Shown: piece after piece, positions 53,312 to 56,391 of the stretch
Layout of the letters: each line of letters begins with the position of its first letter
Position numbering within the stretch: position 1 is the stretch's first letter
NCBI GenBank assembly: GCA_016926535.1
Contig: JAFGOK010000088.1
Location: 1 to 56,391, forward strand
DNA length: 56,391 nt
Direction: 5' to 3'
DNA from: Micromonosporaceae bacterium
GTDB taxonomy: Bacteria > Actinomycetota > Actinomycetes > Mycobacteriales > Micromonosporaceae
Notes under the pieces: model-generated
What the model saw: only the letters and a program-made list of their open reading frames with translations
What the model was told of the DNA's origin: nothing
Databases searched by the model: none
Position numbers and translations under genes: made by a program

Positions 53312-53917
53312 ATGGACCCACAGCACCCTGATCCGATCCGCTTCGCCCAGGCCGAGGCCGGGCTGAGCAAGGACCGCCCGAACCACCCCGCCGCCCCCGA
53401 GGGGCAGCGATGCGTCCTGTGGGGTATCCCACCGACCGAGCAGCCCGGTTGCCTGCCGCAGCCGCTGGCCAGGTGGCTGCTGGAGGCCTACACCCAGGAC
53501 GGCGATGTCATTGTGGACATCGACGACGACATGACCTGCGCGGGGGTCGCCGCAGCGATGGGGCGCCGCCATCACGCGCTGGGGGGCGAGCAGCATCTGG
53601 CCGCCATGAGCCACGCCGCTGGTGGTGTCGATCTGGTCCTGCTGCACTGGCCCCGGGCGGCGGTCAACCCGAACTGGTTGCTGCGCGCCTGCCGGTCCCT
53701 GCTGGGCGACGGTGGTCGGGTCGTGATCGCGGTCATGGTCGACGCCGATGCGCGGGTGGCGCATCTGAGTGCCCTGACCGGCGCCGCGTCCACCGCCGGG
53801 TTGGCCCCTGTCCGGCATGTGGTCGTCGCGAGTCAGCTGGCGGCCACACCCGCGGCGGTCATGGCTTCCCATGCCGACCTGCTGGTGTTCGAGCGGGCGG
53901 TGGCCGACGATGGGTGA
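53312..53917 (+). CDS. Hypothetical protein (weak Rossmann/methyltransferase-like pattern)
   Basis: ATG 53312. GDVIVDIDDD...VDLVLLHWP...GGRVVIAV suggests a Rossmann-like fold. No catalytic motif recognised. Confidence 0.3.
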   Translation: MDPQHPDPIRFAQAEAGLSKDRPNHPAAPEGQRCVLWGIPPTEQPGCLPQPLARWLLEAYTQDGDVIVDIDDDMTCAGVAAAMGRRHHALGGEQHLAAMSHAAGGVDLVLLHWPRAAVNPNWLLRACRSLLGDGGRVVIAVMVDADARVAHLSALTGAASTAGLAPVRHVVVASQLAATPAAVMASHADLLVFERAVADDG

Positions 53918-54545
53918 GCACACCAGCGTCCCGGTTCGCCCGGGTGGCGGCCACACCCCCGCTTCGGTGGCCACACCGTCCCCAGTGGCGGCTGCACTAC
54001 CCCGGCAGGCGGCCACGCCGTCCGCAGTGGCGGCCACAGCCGGCTGGATTCCTCGGCCGGCGCCATCAGCGGCCGGCAGACCGTCGGGGAGCCGGCCGGG
54101 GCTGGAGGAGGTGCTGTGGGCGGCGGTGGTCGCCCCGGCGGAGGGTGTGACCGCAGGGCATCGCGGTCTGCCGCTGCCCGGGGTTCTGTGTCGGGAGCGG
54201 CTGGGCGCGATCCACTATGCGGTGACCACAATGGATGCTAGTGGGCGCCTGGCCGACCGGTCGGCCGTCGGGTGTCTGGGCTGGGCCTCGGGGCATCCCG
54301 TCGGCGTCAGGGTGGCAGCTGGGCTGATCGCGGTCACCACCACCCGCGAGGGTGGCCGGGTGTTGGGGGTCGGCGGGCGGGTGCGGTTGCCGGCCGCGGT
54401 GCGGTGGGCCCTGCGGCTGGAGCCGGGGTGTCGGCTGCTGCTGGCTGCCTGCCCCAGCCGGCGTCTGCTGGTGGCCTATCCCCTTGCGGTCGTGGATGCG
54501 ATGGTCGCCGGCTATCACGAGAGCGTCCTGGCGGTGGGGTCATGA
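53909..54545 (+). CDS. Putative SpoVT/AbrB-like DNA-binding protein (possible excision/regulatory factor)
   Basis: Two swapped-hairpin-like segments (DASGRLADRSAVGCLGWASGHPVGVRV; GGRVRLPAAVRWALRLEPGCRLLL). ATGA-coupled to the integrase. Confidence 0.4.
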
Positions 54546-55627
54546 CCATGATGTCCGGGCCGGGGTCGCTGCCCCCAGGGGCCCTGGAGGCGGTTCGGGC
54601 GCTGCTGGCCAGCATGGGGCTGCGGCCCGACCAGGTGTGGGGGCCCATGCCACCGGTGCGGGCGATGCCGACGTTCGATGAGTACCTCGATCGGGTCGCC
54701 CAGGCGGTGGGGGCGGGCACCCGGAAGGTCTACGACAGCTACTGGCAGCGGGTACGGCGGGTGTGGGGTCAGCGGCGCCTGGATGAGCCGACCCCGTTGG
54801 AGATCACCCAGTTGGCCGAGCGGGTCAAGGCCGAGGCGGTGGTCCGGCGCAACAGCCGGGGTGGGCGGACGGCCGCCGAGCACCTGATCGCCGCGCTGCG
54901 GTGCGTGTACCGGTTCGCGGTGGCCGACGGGTTGGTGGCCGAGGCCGCCAACCCGGCCGCCCGGGTGGCCAAGCCGCGCAGGCTGGCCTCGGTGCGCCAC
55001 GCCCTGAGCCCCGCCCAGCTGGCTGAGATCAACCGGGTGGTCGCGGGGACCGGTGGTGATCCGGATCTGGACAGTCTGCTGATCCGGTTGCACACCGAGA
55101 CCGCCTGCCGGCGGGGTGGTGCCCTGGCCCTGCGTATCGATGATCTGGATGCGCGGCAGTGCCTGATCCGGTTGCGGGAGAAGGGCGACACGATCCGGTG
55201 GCAGCCGGTGTCTCCGACGCTGATGCGGCTGCTGCTCGACCACCATGACCGCCGCGGTGGTGGGCTGGGCCCGGGGCTGTTGCGCTACCGTGACGGGCGC
55301 CCGATCACCGCCCGCCGCTACGACCACCTGTGGCACCGCGTCGGCCGGCACCTGCCGTGGGTGGCCACCCAGCAGATCAGCACCCACTGGTTGCGGCACA
55401 CCACGCTGACGTGGGTGGAGCGTGCCTGCGGCTACGCGGTGGCCCGCGCCTACGCCGGGCACCGGGGCAGGGCTGATGCCGGGACGACCGTGACCTACGT
55501 GCGGGCCAACCTCACCGAGGTCGCCGATGCGCTGACCGCCCTGACCGGCGAACCGCATCCCCTGGCCACCCACACCGTTGCGGCTGCGGCCACCGTTGGC
55601 GAGCCTCCGGAGGCCGCCGGGCGATGA
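54542..55627 (+). CDS. Tyrosine recombinase/integrase
   Basis: ETACRRGGAL (Arg), HWLRHT (HxxR), YAGH and TYVRA (Tyr). N-terminal SAM-like core-binding domain. Confidence 0.85.
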   Translation: MTMMSGPGSLPPGALEAVRALLASMGLRPDQVWGPMPPVRAMPTFDEYLDRVAQAVGAGTRKVYDSYWQRVRRVWGQRRLDEPTPLEITQLAERVKAEAVVRRNSRGGRTAAEHLIAALRCVYRFAVADGLVAEAANPAARVAKPRRLASVRHALSPAQLAEINRVVAGTGGDPDLDSLLIRLHTETACRRGGALALRIDDLDARQCLIRLREKGDTIRWQPVSPTLMRLLLDHHDRRGGGLGPGLLRYRDGRPITARRYDHLWHRVGRHLPWVATQQISTHWLRHTTLTWVERACGYAVARAYAGHRGRADAGTTVTYVRANLTEVADALTALTGEPHPLATHTVAAAATVGEPPEAAGR

Positions 55628-55654
55628 CCAGCGGCACCCCCTGGCACGGGGTCA

Positions 55655-55708
55655 CCACAGTGGTGGGTGCGGCCTCCAGACCCCCAGCGGCCGCACCCAC
55701 CACTGTGG
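55655..55708. terminator. Perfect 20-bp inverted repeat with 14-nt spacer between the convergent integrase genes (bidirectional hairpin terminator and/or recombination site)
   Basis: ccacagtggtgggtgcggcc (55655-55674) / tccagacccccagc / ggccgcacccaccactgtgg (55689-55708). The arms are exact reverse complements. Confidence 0.6.
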
Positions 55709-55715
55709 GGGTCGA

Positions 55716-56391
55716 TCAGGCCAGGGGGTGTGGCTCGCCGGTGAGCGTGGCCAGGGCACCGGCGACCTCCGCCAGGCTCGCGCGGACGTAGGTTGTGGTC
55801 GCCCCCGCCTCGCGGGCGCCTCCACGGTCGGTGTGCCCGGCGTAGGCGCGGGCCACCGCGTAGCCGAACGTGCGCTCCACCCACGTCAGCGTGGTGTGCC
55901 GCAACCAGTGGGTGCTGATCTGCTGGGTGGCCACCCACGGCAGGTACTGGCCCAGGCGGTGCCAAAGGTGGTCGTAGCGGCGGGTGGTCAGCGGCCGGCC
56001 GTTGCGGTAGCGCAGCAGCGGCCCCTGGGGTGGGGCGCCGCGCTGGTCGGCATGCCGCAGCAGATGATCCATCAGGGTTGGGGATACCGGCTGCCATCGG
56101 GCGGTGCCGCCCTTCTCCCGCAGCAGGATGAGACACTGCTGCCGGTCCAGGTCCACCGGCCGCAGGGCCAGGGCACCACCCCGGCGGCAGGCGGTCTCGG
56201 TGTGCAGCCGCAGCAGCAGCGCGTCCAGGGCGGGATCGTTGCCGGTGGCGGACGCCACCTGGGAGATCTCGGCCAGCCGGTCGTCGGGGACCGCCCGGCG
56301 GGTCGAGGGCAGGCGCCGGGGTTTGGCCACCCGCACCGCGGGGTTGTCGGCCTGGCGGATGAGCCCGTCGGCCACCGCGTGCCGGTAGACA
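55716..56391 (-). CDS. Second tyrosine integrase, paralogous to 54542..55627 (5' end beyond window)
   Basis: The same catalytic motifs and the identical C-terminus LTGEPHPLA. The frame stays open upstream of the listed Met to the window edge (VYRHAVADGLIRQ parallels CVYRFAVADGLVAEA). Confidence 0.85.
   Translation of the reverse strand, partial: VYRHAVADGLIRQADNPAVRVAKPRRLPSTRRAVPDDRLAEISQVASATGNDPALDALLLRLHTETACRRGGALALRPVDLDRQQCLILLREKGGTARWQPVSPTLMDHLLRHADQRGAPPQGPLLRYRNGRPLTTRRYDHLWHRLGQYLPWVATQQISTHWLRHTTLTWVERTFGYAVARAYAGHTDRGGAREAGATTTYVRASLAEVAGALATLTGEPHPLA

Larger units (their letters stand above)
34352..55715 (-). mobile_element. T4SS-type actinobacterial integrative conjugative element (boundaries approximate; its left tip continues at about 27523-27579 on the other side of the Tn7-like insertion)
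   Basis: Contiguous VirB2/VirB6/PrgI/VirB4/VirD4-like genes, Replic_Relax, a C40 hydrolase, ArdC, DUF2637 and a tyrosine integrase at the right end. Confidence 0.55.

Overview
High-GC (by eye >70% G+C) actinobacterial chromosome segment. The gene content points to a filamentous actinomycete (Micromonosporaceae- or Streptomyces-like), but no database search was possible.

(1) 1-10,613, minus strand: one translationally coupled tad/flp pilus operon. It encodes a lipoprotein, a secreted protein, CpaB, a TadZ-like protein, TadA/CpaF, TadB, TadC, Flp, two TadE and a TadG-like protein. It ends in a LysM/BTAD membrane protein that runs off the left edge and is absent from the supplied ORF track. A divergent hxlR / prepilin-peptidase pair lies at 11.0-12.25 kb.

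(2) 12.3-27.5 kb: a compositionally patchy accessory region. Its centrepiece is a 1,406-aa single-pass membrane protein with a cytoplasmic CHAT (caspase-like) protease, a STAND P-loop NTPase and a 545-aa extracytoplasmic lectin-like region. It is followed by a DUF6879-like gene and by XRE/TPR and XRE-DUF5753/DUF397 regulators. Downstream are an MFS transporter, an HTH-FGE fusion, a class IV aminotransferase, GPP34, an APC permease, a GNAT and a truncated DUF574-type methyltransferase.

(3) 27,580-34,351: a complete, cargo-less Tn7-like transposon (tnsA-tnsB-tnsC/tniB-tniQ), delimited to the base. It has imperfect terminal inverted repeats starting TGTGAC, reiterated TGCCAAC subterminal sites and a 5-bp ATGGT target duplication.

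(4) 34.35-55.7 kb: a T4SS-type actinobacterial ICE. It carries a C40/NlpC-P60 hydrolase, two DUF2637 genes, a GGDEF cyclase, an ArdC-metallopeptidase, an amidoligase + class-II GATase pair, Replic_Relax, a VirD4-like coupling protein, a VirB4-like ATPase, PrgI-, VirB6- and VirB2-like proteins, a sigma-like regulator, an AbrB-like protein and a tyrosine integrase. The Tn7-like element has inserted just downstream of its terminal operon. A second, paralogous integrase converges on the first across a perfect 20-bp palindrome at the right edge.

No rRNA, tRNA or CRISPR array was seen. Most long Arg/Pro/Gly-rich ORFs in the track are antisense or off-frame shadows of the real genes.
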